Virus record (IMG/VR): IMGVR_UViG_3300037488_003510
Reading direction: 5' to 3' (one strand)
Origin: an uncultured virus (IMG/VR IMGVR_UViG_3300037488_003510)
Taxonomy: Duplodnaviria; Heunggongvirae; Uroviricota; Caudoviricetes
DNA: 64,000 nucleotides
The position numbers and the translations under genes were made by a program. Below, piece by piece: positions 42,101-50,459 of this stretch; position 1 is the stretch's first letter, and every line of letters begins with the position of its first letter. The notes under the pieces are model-generated. The model was given only the letters and a program-made list of their open reading frames with translations. It was not told where the DNA came from and did no database searches.

Positions 42101-43393
42101 AATTGGAACATAAGCTCCCGTGTTCAACGATGCATAGAATTGTTGTGAGACGCCTGCAATGTATCCGATTCGTCCGCTGTTAGCTTGTGAGACAACAGTT
42201 GCACCGGCACCGAATACGATGTCGTTTTCCCCTGGCGGATTGAGACTTGGCCCCATCACGAGTCCGCTCTTTGCCTGGATGGCGCCAGAAGCACCAAGGC
42301 TCCAAGAGCGGGTGATAGTGGCAGTGCCGGCCGGACTTAGGTCAATCAGCTGGTTGTAGGCATCGCCCACGGTGTTTCCAGCGCCGTCGATGACTCCCGA
42401 GCCGACGTGTGACATCGCCAGTGAGGTCACTGCGCCAGGTGCACCTGTCAATGTTACCGTTGAGGCTTGTAGATCAACTTCATTCCAGACTGCCCCTGCT
42501 ACGGAGGCAACTAACTTAGAAGAGGCAACTAAGAAACCACCTGTTCGAGGAAAGGCGAAAAGTCCTCCCGAGGGAGCGACGACTTGAAGGGAATAAGTAC
42601 CCGTGAAGACAGCATAGTGGCCATCGATGATGACACCGCCACCTTTAGCGTCTGCCAGCGGCAAGGTCTGGTCAGCCGCTACAGATCCATCCTCATAGGC
42701 TTGCTCAAGCGTTACCGTGGAGGTGCCACTTGGATCGGTTTCGCCTCCAACAGTAGCGAACAAGTTTCCTAAAACGAAACAGCCATCTAGGACATTTAGT
42801 CGCAGGTAGCGAACTTGTTGTGTATAAGCTAGCGGCCCGTTTTCTGGCACGGACGACTGCAACCCGTTGTTCAATGAAGACTTCGAAGAGTTCTTGAATG
42901 AGCCAACCGGACTGAACTTCACACCGTCGAGGCTTCCCTCAACGGATATTGTTCCGATGAAAGGACCGTTCAAGATGATGTTGGTTCCGGATAGAAGCCC
43001 GGATGGAGGAATCAGACCGAACAGATCGACAACTGGCTGAGGTCCGTAACTTCCAAGCGCGACGATTGGGAACGGAGCGAACGAATTGGCCGACGCGGCG
43101 AAGTTGCCTGAAACACTAGCTGTGACTCCAATCGCATTGGAGGCGAGAGAATGCATCCGAACCGACAAGTACGAGGACTCGAAGATCTGCCGGATGGACT
43201 GAGGCCTCGCTCCTGAGAAGGAGAAGATCGGGACGAAGTTGGCGTTGTCGTGGCTTCCGTACAGAATGTATTGGCCGTCAAAGGAACCATCCAAAAGAAT
43301 GGTTTTCTCTCCAGCCAATGTCGAAATGTCTAGAATCGGACCATCAGTTCCGTAGATACCTGGAATTACGATGGGTAGAATTGAAAGTGGCAT
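39167..43393 (-). CDS. 1408-aa fibre or adhesin with internal duplications
   Basis: Two TL.QAY..G blocks, two DN.NF.WDNTNKRLGI, three AL.I.GAP.AGA..TI.N.YALW blocks. Confidence 0.8.
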   Translation of the reverse strand: MPLSILPIVIPGIYGTDGPILDISTLAGEKTILLDGSFDGQYILYGSHDNANFVPIFSFSGARPQSIRQIFESSYLSVRMHSLASNAIGVTASVSGNFAASANSFAPFPIVALGSYGPQPVVDLFGLIPPSGLLSGTNIILNGPFIGTISVEGSLDGVKFSPVGSFKNSSKSSLNNGLQSSVPENGPLAYTQQVRYLRLNVLDGCFVLGNLFATVGGETDPSGTSTVTLEQAYEDGSVAADQTLPLADAKGGGVIIDGHYAVFTGTYSLQVVAPSGGLFAFPRTGGFLVASSKLVASVAGAVWNEVDLQASTVTLTGAPGAVTSLAMSHVGSGVIDGAGNTVGDAYNQLIDLSPAGTATITRSWSLGASGAIQAKSGLVMGPSLNPPGENDIVFGAGATVVSQANSGRIGYIAGVSQQFYASLNTGAYVPILVGPAAAGFTQGSILFGGATGQPIQDNANFIWDNTNKRLGIDVASTPTARLHVAGVTTIAGTASLKIDAGTLLAATELGAIESDGTHLYWTSGGNVRIQLDNAAVTTTLAQAYNNGAAASDQTFVLLDAKGGGIVVNATDPVNFTGAVAFEIDVVGGSTNFYRKGGFDVSSAFSVAAAGGANWNEVAFLASTVTLTGAPTTVNKLAMVSVGTPTINGAGITVSDAYNLLLDAAPGGTSTLTRSWSLGVVGAVQFQSGLVLGASVDPHNENNIVFGSGATVVSQANTGRLGYRSGASQQFYVSMNTGAYVPLLTGPAVGGFTQGSVPFGSTTGQLAEDNPNFFWDNTNKRLGIGTFPTSTLHVVQQALNALAPTAFTVVGGAHTAITTSAEDIGANFNFSASKQWATGALATQREVLIQAPTYTFVGASTITSAATLAISGAPIAGANATLTNSYALWTQSGSVQHDGGTYVATSGAQKLIGATATFAPTSGTATFQALNLTYTVNQTGGANGDVTGLLVNEIDVSIGNVANLMDLQRSGVSRFAVARNANVTVTQFAGSNPGTLLSLTSATASAIAATSESITANFNFSATKTWATGAIATQREILFQAPTYAFAGASTITTAASVAITGSPLSGANATIENALALWTQTGRSMFGTQIDLFMLHTTSSDMVVFGNNNTFTLALIDNNTGGPSVGSGGSLLFGGRVDIGGSAALSPTKFSYILGAKDVATNVYGGTLQFFTIASTSFAVEGMRIDSNQTVGIGTPNAAPASSLRVSSANHFATSAAGAVWNGIDFVADGMNVTGNTAIVTATGFNAVSIAAASINGDTATCAITHSASLAILGAPTAGADVSITNAYALWVQSGLTRIDGGIKFGADQTVSATDVNVAGPYTVLATDYYLKVRRTTAAAISINLPAGVEGRVIPVKDSGYNASVNNITLVRNGADKINNVAGNYTMNISGECIWLRFNSTTTDWELC

Positions 43394-43432
43394 ATATGAC
43401 CGCCCTCCGCTCTTTTGGCAACCGCACCTGTC

Positions 43433-44398
43433 TTACACAAACACGTTTACCGGGAGCCCCACGAATGGTGTCTGGTTGATTACTTCCACGTTAATCGACG
43501 ATGGAACCTGAGTTCCTGATGTGATGATAGGTTGTCCAGGTTGAGCACCAGTGCTAATGTTGTAGCCTCCATTGAAGCCTCCCTGGCTACTCAGATCTTG
43601 GCTTGCATTTGCAACGAAAGTTTGAGGACTCGGAAACACAATCACATCAACTGGAATCCCAGTCGGCAGATTGACTTGTTCGGAGCCTTGGCGCTGAACA
43701 TCCAGCAGAAACGTGTCGCCTGCCGAGGGAGCCGTCAATGAAGACACATTGCCATCATTGGTGTCATCCTTGTCGATGACGATGTAGTTTGTGTTGTACC
43801 CTGTGATGAAACGGACAGCTCCCTGGTCATCCGATGTGCTTGTATCGTCAGCAAAGACAATCTGCCGACCAAGCATTGAAACCGGATAGCTGGTCAAGGC
43901 GGGAGGATCGACCACGAGAAGATATCGTGTGGTAGTGGCACTCGGGGCGCTCCATAGCTTATCAGCATCGTACACAGCTGAGATGGTACATAAAACCGTT
44001 GTGGTCTCTGAATTGTTCGTTTGAATGGACTCTGCTGGCCCCACGACAATGAATTCAGCAGGAGGAACAAAACGCTTGAATCCATTCGGCTGATTCGGAT
44101 CGACAGGCACCCAGACACCTTGTCCGAGCACCTGATCATCTACGATGACTTGAGAGTACAGGGGAACGGTTGCATATTGCGTAACTGGAACCACGGGAGT
44201 TCCAGTTACAATAACATCACCCGGAGTAGGGAAGACACTCGACGAAACGCCATTGCCAGCGGGGGGATACCCTTGGGAACCAACATCGGTTAGAACATCG
44301 AGTTGCTCAGGTGTGAGCAACACCGATCCTCCGTTTGGGTCCGGATTCTCACTTACTTCATTTGCTACATTCACAAGTCCTGGGTTTGTGACATCCAT
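43433..44398 (-). CDS. DVTNPGLVNV...PxxVFV family structural protein
   Basis: Shared termini. Confidence 0.7.
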   Translation of the reverse strand: MDVTNPGLVNVANEVSENPDPNGGSVLLTPEQLDVLTDVGSQGYPPAGNGVSSSVFPTPGDVIVTGTPVVPVTQYATVPLYSQVIVDDQVLGQGVWVPVDPNQPNGFKRFVPPAEFIVVGPAESIQTNNSETTTVLCTISAVYDADKLWSAPSATTTRYLLVVDPPALTSYPVSMLGRQIVFADDTSTSDDQGAVRFITGYNTNYIVIDKDDTNDGNVSSLTAPSAGDTFLLDVQRQGSEQVNLPTGIPVDVIVFPSPQTFVANASQDLSSQGGFNGGYNISTGAQPGQPIITSGTQVPSSINVEVINQTPFVGLPVNVFV

Positions 44399-44407
44399 GG
44401 CTTTTTC

Positions 44408-45382
44408 CTACTTGTGTTTTGCGTATCCCAGCAGTCGTCGAGCCACTGCCTTCTCACTCTTGGGGATGAATCTCTTCTCCTCGCGCGACCAACCAATTAC
44501 CTTGTCCACGTCGAATTCACCATCGCCGAGCAAGATCGAATTGGTTATATAAGCACCCATCTCAGGGTCATCTGAATTTCCCATGACCTCACTCTTCTTG
44601 GCCATCAAGTCGAGAACTTGTTTGTCCAGCTTGACAGAGACGCCGCCGTTGTAGCCCGAGGGCTTCTCCGGATCTACCACCATGACGTCGGGCGCTTTGG
44701 CGAACTGAAGGATGACTGGGATTGTGCCATCTCGGAGCTTCTCCGCTGTGTTGTTAGCTGAGAATTTCTTCTCTTTGCCCATTCCGAGCACCAAGGATGG
44801 ATCTTCGAGTCGGCCGTCTGGTAGAAACACAAGGGCATGGTAGTGGTAGTTGCCCTGGGGGCCACGGCGCCACTTCGCGAAGGGCTTAGCCCGAATTCCA
44901 CCAGAAACTTTCTTCCAGCCGGCCCAGTCAGATTCGCCAGACACTGGCACAGGACCACCAGGAATTACTGGCTGAGGATAGCGAGGATCGGCACATTCAG
45001 TTTTTGACTTGTTCCAAGGAGCAGGTCGCTCATAGTGGTACGGAAGCTCTCGCAATTCAGCAACTCGATAGCACGCTAAATCTTCGCAATCGCCCCAATG
45101 ACCAGGATAAAGACCTTTACCCATGGTTCCCATGAGAAGTGAGGGAATGTCAGGCCAAATCTCAGTGCCTTTTTCCGTCTCATAGTGGAGACCGGAGCGG
45201 TAGACGCTGGGGTAGTTGTACTGAACGAGACCGCGCTTTTTGAACTCTTCGAATTGTCGAAGGTGAGTCTGATTGACTCGGCAGAGGCCCTCCATGAGCC
45301 ACAACATACGCATCTGCGACCAGACTTGATCCCAGTCACCTCTGAACATCTGGCAGCGGAAAACAATGTTTGGCATTCCCAT
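44408..45382 (-). CDS. Transglutaminase-like Cys protease, candidate maturation protease
   Basis: GDCEDL (Cys), YHALV (His), EDPS (Asp) in triad order. Confidence 0.7.
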   Translation of the reverse strand: MGMPNIVFRCQMFRGDWDQVWSQMRMLWLMEGLCRVNQTHLRQFEEFKKRGLVQYNYPSVYRSGLHYETEKGTEIWPDIPSLLMGTMGKGLYPGHWGDCEDLACYRVAELRELPYHYERPAPWNKSKTECADPRYPQPVIPGGPVPVSGESDWAGWKKVSGGIRAKPFAKWRRGPQGNYHYHALVFLPDGRLEDPSLVLGMGKEKKFSANNTAEKLRDGTIPVILQFAKAPDVMVVDPEKPSGYNGGVSVKLDKQVLDLMAKKSEVMGNSDDPEMGAYITNSILLGDGEFDVDKVIGWSREEKRFIPKSEKAVARRLLGYAKHK

Positions 45383-45548
45383 GGTCGAACGAACTCCTTA
45401 CTTGTTGCTTAGTCAGATCTAAGTGGGAAGCAATTAAGAAGTCCGAGGGAAACAGTCAAATTCCGCATCAGAGGACTCCTTTCTAGTGGTGAGGCCGGGA
45501 GAGCTATAGGCCCTGCAACCGGAAAAAGCATGATGGGTTTCTAAGAGG

Positions 45549-45590
45549 CGCCCGCAGCTGAAGGAACCCATCCACCCCCAGCTGCGGGCT
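45549..45590. terminator. Strong GC hairpin
   Basis: GCCCGCAGCTG...CAGCTGCGGGC; no clear U-tract. Confidence 0.45.
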
Positions 45591-45616
45591 ATTCAGTTGT
45601 AGTAGCAGTTCAGTTG

Positions 45617-45979
45617 TTACGCAGGAGCGCCAGCAGGCGGTGGGATCACCGTGCGCAAGATCCAGATCGAGAAGTCGCTGTCGATTGCCGTGGTGGCATT
45701 GCAGATCTGAACCAGCTTCGTGGCGTCAGCGTCGTCATTGACGGTCGCGGCGTGAATGACACCATTCAGAGCAACACCCGTGGCCATCTTCGGTTGGATG
45801 AAGATGAGATCACGGACACCGTTCTGGGTCATGTTGGTTTGCAGAGCAACGGAGTAAGTTCCGAGGCTCTGACGAGTGGTGGTAACGCCACTGTTGGTGC
45901 GAGTGGAAGAGCCGTCAGCTCCCACAACCTCGGCATACGCAACCGTGGCAAGTGCGGCGGAATCGAATAGAGCGTTCAT
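45617..45979 (-). CDS. Small beta-rich virion protein
   Basis: Directly downstream of capsid candidate; GGAG SD. Confidence 0.65.
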   Translation of the reverse strand: MNALFDSAALATVAYAEVVGADGSSTRTNSGVTTTRQSLGTYSVALQTNMTQNGVRDLIFIQPKMATGVALNGVIHAATVNDDADATKLVQICNATTAIDSDFSIWILRTVIPPPAGAPA

Positions 45980-46021
45980 CGTTGTTTCTCCAGTGAGAGT
46001 GATTGAAGTGGCGGTTTTGAA

Positions 46022-46064
46022 ACCTGAGTCCGGAGACTGACTTTCATCGGCTTCCGGACTCTGG
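46022..46064 (-). terminator. Hairpin after capsid candidate
   Basis: GAGTCCGGA...TCCGGACTC followed by GGTTTC. Confidence 0.45.
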
Positions 46065-46076
46065 CTTCAGTGATGA

Positions 46077-46676
46077 CTACTCGACAGCCGGGCCGACGAG
46101 ACCACCCTGGAAGTTGCGGGCGGCCGGGTTCTGGTTGGTGACCGAGATCGTCACGAACATCGAGATCTGAGCCGTGTCCATCTTCAAACGGACGCCGAAC
46201 GCATTCTCGGTGAACATAACGGCCGGCAGAGCGCCGGTCGACACCAACTGCGAGTTCTTGCCGACCTTGATGTCGGTGATCAAGAAGTCAACCGCGATGT
46301 TCGAGGGAACGACCAAACGCTCAGGACGGAAGATGACCTGGGGCTGGACGTTGATGTTTGCCGAGCTGTTGCCGGCAACGCTGGTGCTGCCAAGACCGAG
46401 AGCATACTCACGCGAGCTGCGAGGAGAGACCGAGCGCAACAGAGCACCCGATTCCACGCGGCGACGGAGCAGGTCGCGAGCCATAGCAGTCTTCTTGGCG
46501 TTCTTCTTCCGGCGCGCGAGAACCGCGCCCAGAATGTCGTCACCCGACTCATCGCTGTCACCAACGAAAGCGCCGGATTCATCGTCCCCGTCGAGCAGAT
46601 CGCCGAGAATTTCAGTGGTCTCGAAGCCGAGAGAGTCATCGCCATCGAGCAAATCGCCGTACATGTCCTTGACCAT
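46077..46676 (-). CDS. Candidate major capsid protein (acidic leader plus ~110-aa beta domain, single jelly-roll-like)
   Basis: Acidic N-terminus with SLG/ILG/FVG motifs; all-beta C-terminal domain; GC3-rich codons; AAAGGA SD; near head of structural operon. Confidence 0.55.
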   Translation of the reverse strand: MVKDMYGDLLDGDDSLGFETTEILGDLLDGDDESGAFVGDSDESGDDILGAVLARRKKNAKKTAMARDLLRRRVESGALLRSVSPRSSREYALGLGSTSVAGNSSANINVQPQVIFRPERLVVPSNIAVDFLITDIKVGKNSQLVSTGALPAVMFTENAFGVRLKMDTAQISMFVTISVTNQNPAARNFQGGLVGPAVE

Positions 46677-46744
46677 AGTGTGTTCCTTTGTTGAACTGGT
46701 TATTAGCCAGATTGGTTTCTGTGTGAGGTGTCTTCGTTCTTCTG

Positions 46745-47197
46745 TTACTCAGCTCGCACGAGCGAGGAGAGTTCCTTGTCGGCAATGGACGATCCGCCCG
46801 AAACGGGCTTCGAATCGCCGAGCATGCCGGACATGCCCTTGAGGAAGCTGCCGCCCGAGGCCCAACGCTCACCCACGCGGTAACCAGTGGTGGTGAAGAA
46901 GCTCGCGAGAGCGCCATCACCAATGGCATGCAGGTGGTGCGAATACGGCTTCGTGAAGCTGAAAGCTCCAAGGATGTGGAAGGCCGCGCCAGCCAGGAGA
47001 TCGACCGGCAGAATCAAGGTCAATCCGCCCGAAGCCTTGAAGCGCCCTTGCAGGACGCCGAAAGCAAAGGACGACACCGAGACTTCCGCCGCGCGAGTCA
47101 GTTTGAGTCCTTCATCGGCCTTGCGAAGCAGCCCACGGGCTCCTCCACCAATTCCACCGAAGCGGGACATCACGTTATGGGAGTTCAAGTGCAACAT
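46745..47197 (-). CDS. Gly-rich membrane-associated virion protein
   Basis: AAGGAG SD; hydrophobic Gly/Ala segments. Confidence 0.65.
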   Translation of the reverse strand: MLHLNSHNVMSRFGGIGGGARGLLRKADEGLKLTRAAEVSVSSFAFGVLQGRFKASGGLTLILPVDLLAGAAFHILGAFSFTKPYSHHLHAIGDGALASFFTTTGYRVGERWASGGSFLKGMSGMLGDSKPVSGGSSIADKELSSLVRAE

Positions 47198-47388
47198 CGC
47201 TGGTTCTCCTTTTTGGGCTTTTGGCCCTTCTCTGGTTTGTTCGAATCCACGGATTCGAAGTTCTTGTTCAAGCCCACTCGTGGGCCACAACAAAATTTTA
47301 GCGTGTTGAGCACACTTGAACGATTTTTTTCTAGTTGTGGAAAAGCACAGTGAAAAATCGCAAAAACACGGGGTTTTCACATAGCCAC

Positions 47389-47405
47389 ATTCACAGTTCG
47401 TGAAT
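47389..47405. promoter_or_regulatory. Operator-like palindrome 1
   Basis: ATTCAC-AGTTC-GTGAAT. Confidence 0.6.
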
Positions 47406-47471
47406 AGTGAACACACAGTGACGCATCAGTCGGCGAATATTGTATCTTTTAAGAGACACCTTTCTTCCAGC

Positions 47472-47500
47472 TTGCACGATTCATGAATTGTGAATATCCT
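47472..47500 (+). promoter_or_regulatory. sigma70-like promoter containing operator palindrome 2
   Basis: TTGCAC-N17-TATCCT with ATTCATGAATTGTGAAT (47479-47495) in the spacer; ATG 8 nt downstream. Confidence 0.6.
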
Positions 47501-47508
47501 CCGTCATC

Positions 47509-48036
47509 ATGCTGCGTGCCCAAGATGTACTGGTGATCTGCAAGCTGTTCTCGCTGAACGGCGGCGACTGGACATTCAACCGACTGTCCGACGACTTAGG
47601 CATCTCAGCCAGCGAGGTTCACAACTCCGTGGCTCGATGCAAGTCCTCCCAACACATCATCTGCCCAGGAGGCGCTCTCAAGGTGGCACCGAAGAATCTC
47701 TTCGAGCTTCTAGCCTATGCGGTCCCCCGCATCTTCTATGCCGTGAGAGGAGGTCTTGAGATGGGCATGCCCACGGGAGCCCATATGCCCACCATCAAGA
47801 TGAGCTTCAACAGCATAGACAAGACAGTGCCCTTGGTCTGGCCTTGTTCAGATGGGACCGTCCGTGGCGAGAGCCTCTTACCTATCTACTCTTCGGTGCC
47901 GCAGGCGGCGAGCAAGGACACTGTTCTCTATGAACTCCTGTCTCTTGTGGAAATCATCAGAGTTGGAGAATCTAAATCCAAGAAACAAGCAATCGCTTTA
48001 CTTGAAAAGAGGATTCTTGGTAAAACGGGAGAATAA
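47509..48036 (+). CDS. HTH regulator, AbiEi/type IV antitoxin-like
   Basis: LSDDLGISASEVHNSV HTH; GMPT, VWP, RGE.L.PIY.SVP.A, LYELL.LV..IRVG. Confidence 0.7.
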   Translation: MLRAQDVLVICKLFSLNGGDWTFNRLSDDLGISASEVHNSVARCKSSQHIICPGGALKVAPKNLFELLAYAVPRIFYAVRGGLEMGMPTGAHMPTIKMSFNSIDKTVPLVWPCSDGTVRGESLLPIYSSVPQAASKDTVLYELLSLVEIIRVGESKSKKQAIALLEKRILGKTGE

Positions 48037-48037
48037 G

Positions 48038-48496
48038 ATGAATCGGTATCTTCAAAACATATTACCGTTAATGACAGAGATTTCACCTGGAGAGATCAAA
48101 GAGGTCTCAGTTGAATCTACTTCGGTTTTCATCCCAGAGCGCCTAGTTGTTGGTGAGGTTTCTCGCACATTTTCAGAAAAAGCGCTCGGCTGGATTGGTG
48201 TTTTCGTGTGGAACTTTCTATCATTATTCAGTCCCAACGGACATTTCGTTTGGCGATTATCACCACATTTTCCTGTCAATCTCCTTAGATTCAGAGTCGG
48301 GAACACTGATCAGTTTTCACCTATGAACCCCATTCCCACCGAACTTTTCGGTCCTAGTACAATCGGGCTAAATGGCCGCTTTGACGTCTGTCGTCCGGGG
48401 CAAACGCTGACGCTTACAGTGCAAAGCAGCTCCAAGAGATCGCTTGTATTCCGAGCAGTCTTGATAGGACAAGCTGTACCAGATAAGCAACTTTAA
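48038..48496 (+). CDS. Capsid-family paralog 1
   Basis: FIPERLVV...FRVG..DQ...IP.ELF...LTV...FRAVLIG. Confidence 0.7.
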   Translation: MNRYLQNILPLMTEISPGEIKEVSVESTSVFIPERLVVGEVSRTFSEKALGWIGVFVWNFLSLFSPNGHFVWRLSPHFPVNLLRFRVGNTDQFSPMNPIPTELFGPSTIGLNGRFDVCRPGQTLTLTVQSSSKRSLVFRAVLIGQAVPDKQL

Positions 48497-48508
48497 TCAG
48501 AAAGGATC

Positions 48509-48853
48509 ATGTCGCCAATGGCCAATCACGTAAAAGGCTGCAACTGTTCGATGTGTGGACCTGTAAACACCCCGGATAGACTGACCGAGTTTCCCATAGT
48601 CGCTTTGTACATGGCGCTATTTCCACCTGAGCCAATTCCGACAGAACCATCGGATAAATTGCTTGTTCCTCATCGCTCGCCATCTACCGGGTATCTTTCG
48701 GGCGATCCGCAGCTGTTGGCCGAGCTATCAGGGCTGCGGGAGGAGATCGCTAAACTGGCAAAGACTGAAGAAGGGATTCGAGAGCTACTGACTCGCTTCT
48801 TAGACCGCGAGCGACAGTCATCTGTTGCCAAAAACAGAAACTCAGATGAATAA
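48509..48853 (+). CDS. Hypothetical with Cys motif and coiled coil
   Basis: HVKGCNCSMC; SD. Confidence 0.55.
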   Translation: MSPMANHVKGCNCSMCGPVNTPDRLTEFPIVALYMALFPPEPIPTEPSDKLLVPHRSPSTGYLSGDPQLLAELSGLREEIAKLAKTEEGIRELLTRFLDRERQSSVAKNRNSDE

Positions 48854-49262
48854 GATAACCGGGCGAGAATCTGTGATTGGCTTTGACACTGTAACTGTAA
48901 AGCCTGGCAACACAGAAGAAGTGTCAGTCAAAACGTCTCACCCTTTCATACTGGAGCATCTTGTGGCATCGCGGTCAAATGGGAGTGATAAACTGTTTGT
49001 GGCAGATCTAACCAGTAATGGCCATAGCTTAATAACGTCGGGATGCCAGACACCATTCTGCATGTTCGAAGTCGACCAATGGCCAATGATTTTTGGGAAT
49101 GTAGTCACGACGGCAGGCGAGAAGATCGCTCTTAAGGTGGAGAACGTATCAACTGAAACGGTTGATGTTCGAGCAGCAGTCTGTGGGATGATGTTCAATT
49201 CAGAACAAGACGCAAACGAATGGCTGAGACTTCGACAAGTAAATAGAAAGGGATTACGATGA
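48846..49262 (+). CDS. Capsid-family paralog 2
   Basis: IGFDTVTV.PG...PF..EHLV...DL...G.SLI...MF...LKVEN...RAAVCG. Confidence 0.65.
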   Translation: MNKITGRESVIGFDTVTVKPGNTEEVSVKTSHPFILEHLVASRSNGSDKLFVADLTSNGHSLITSGCQTPFCMFEVDQWPMIFGNVVTTAGEKIALKVENVSTETVDVRAAVCGMMFNSEQDANEWLRLRQVNRKGLR

Positions 49263-49840
49263 GCGAGAACACACTTCAAAAAATCTTGGTTGGCATTGCG
49301 CCCGACAAACTCCTCGAAGGGGCATTAGACGTCATCGGAACAGATCGTCTGTACGAGGAAATCCTCCGACGATTTTGCGAGAAGGACAAAATCGACTTGC
49401 CCGCGCTGCCCGATGGATCTTCGATGGTCGCCTTGGGACTAGGCAGCACCTGTGTTGCCGGCAACAGCTCGGCGAACATTAACGTGCAGTCGTTTCGTGA
49501 CTTCATTCCAGATCGCCTGGTGATTCCAACCTACTGCGCGGAACACTTCCTAGTCACGGATATCAAGAATGGGGGAAACACGATTTTTTTTGACAGCACC
49601 GGATGTGCTCCGGCGATGTTTTCCAATGAGCGAGTTTACAACTTCAAGTTCGCTCCCGAAGTGGCTCGCTATTTGGGTTACGTGAGAGTCAGTGTGACCA
49701 ATCAGTCGCTGACAGCTAGAAACTTCCAAGGGGTCATTGTTGGTCATACTCCACCCATGGGCGCAAATGCCTTAGCAGCCGCTAAGAACTGTTTGGAGAC
49801 AGTGGCTGCGCTCATGATCAGCGGGGATACTCATGGATGA
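49259..49840 (+). CDS. Capsid-family paralog 3
   Basis: ALGLGSTCVAGNSSANINVQ vs ALGLGSTSVAGNSSANINVQ; SVTNQ...ARNFQG. Confidence 0.85.
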   Translation: MSENTLQKILVGIAPDKLLEGALDVIGTDRLYEEILRRFCEKDKIDLPALPDGSSMVALGLGSTCVAGNSSANINVQSFRDFIPDRLVIPTYCAEHFLVTDIKNGGNTIFFDSTGCAPAMFSNERVYNFKFAPEVARYLGYVRVSVTNQSLTARNFQGVIVGHTPPMGANALAAAKNCLETVAALMISGDTHG

Positions 49841-49874
49841 AAGACAACATGTGACAACAAAGGGGGAGAGCGCG

Positions 49875-50447
49875 ATGAGCGAGAACGCTCTACATCAGAT
49901 CTTGGCTGGAGGCGATCTTGACAAGTTGCTCGAAGCAGCATTGAGCCACATCCCAGAAGATCGCCTGAACAATGCTGTCTTCCACCGATTTTGCGAAAAG
50001 GGGTACGGGGCCAAAGCCAACTTGCGCAAACTGTCGAATGGGGAGATGGAGTGTGTTTTAGGACTCGGCAGCACAATTGTTCCCGGAGAATCGAGGTGCA
50101 ATATCAATGTGCAGCCAGGCCAGACATTCATTCTAAATCGCTTGGTGATCCCCTCTTACTGCGCCGATGATTTTCTGGTTACGAATATCATGGTCGGGAA
50201 GAATTCGATATTCCCTGATAACGAGAGAGGTGTTCCAGCTGCCCTTTTCAGTGAGAGAGAATACAACTTCAAACTCATACAAGTGGAAGCTCCTTCCCTG
50301 CTTTTCATTAGCGTGATGATTGTTAATCAATCACCTTATGACAAGGCTTTTCATGGTGCTCTTATTGGACACACTCCACCAGCTGGCGACATTTCCTCGG
50401 AGCAGGCAACTCCAGTTCTCCTCCCCTGCGGCGACACTTACGGATGA
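49875..50447 (+). CDS. Capsid-family paralog 4
   Basis: LGLGST...NINVQP...RLVIPS...VGKNS...PAALFSE; N-terminal domain shared with paralog 3. Confidence 0.85.
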   Translation: MSENALHQILAGGDLDKLLEAALSHIPEDRLNNAVFHRFCEKGYGAKANLRKLSNGEMECVLGLGSTIVPGESRCNINVQPGQTFILNRLVIPSYCADDFLVTNIMVGKNSIFPDNERGVPAALFSEREYNFKLIQVEAPSLLFISVMIVNQSPYDKAFHGALIGHTPPAGDISSEQATPVLLPCGDTYG

Positions 50448-50459
50448 CAAGCCAGATCA

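Noticed and set aside
48038..50447. Diversity-generating retroelement explaining the capsid paralogs
   Set aside because: No reverse transcriptase is present in the window, and differences are not adenine-specific.
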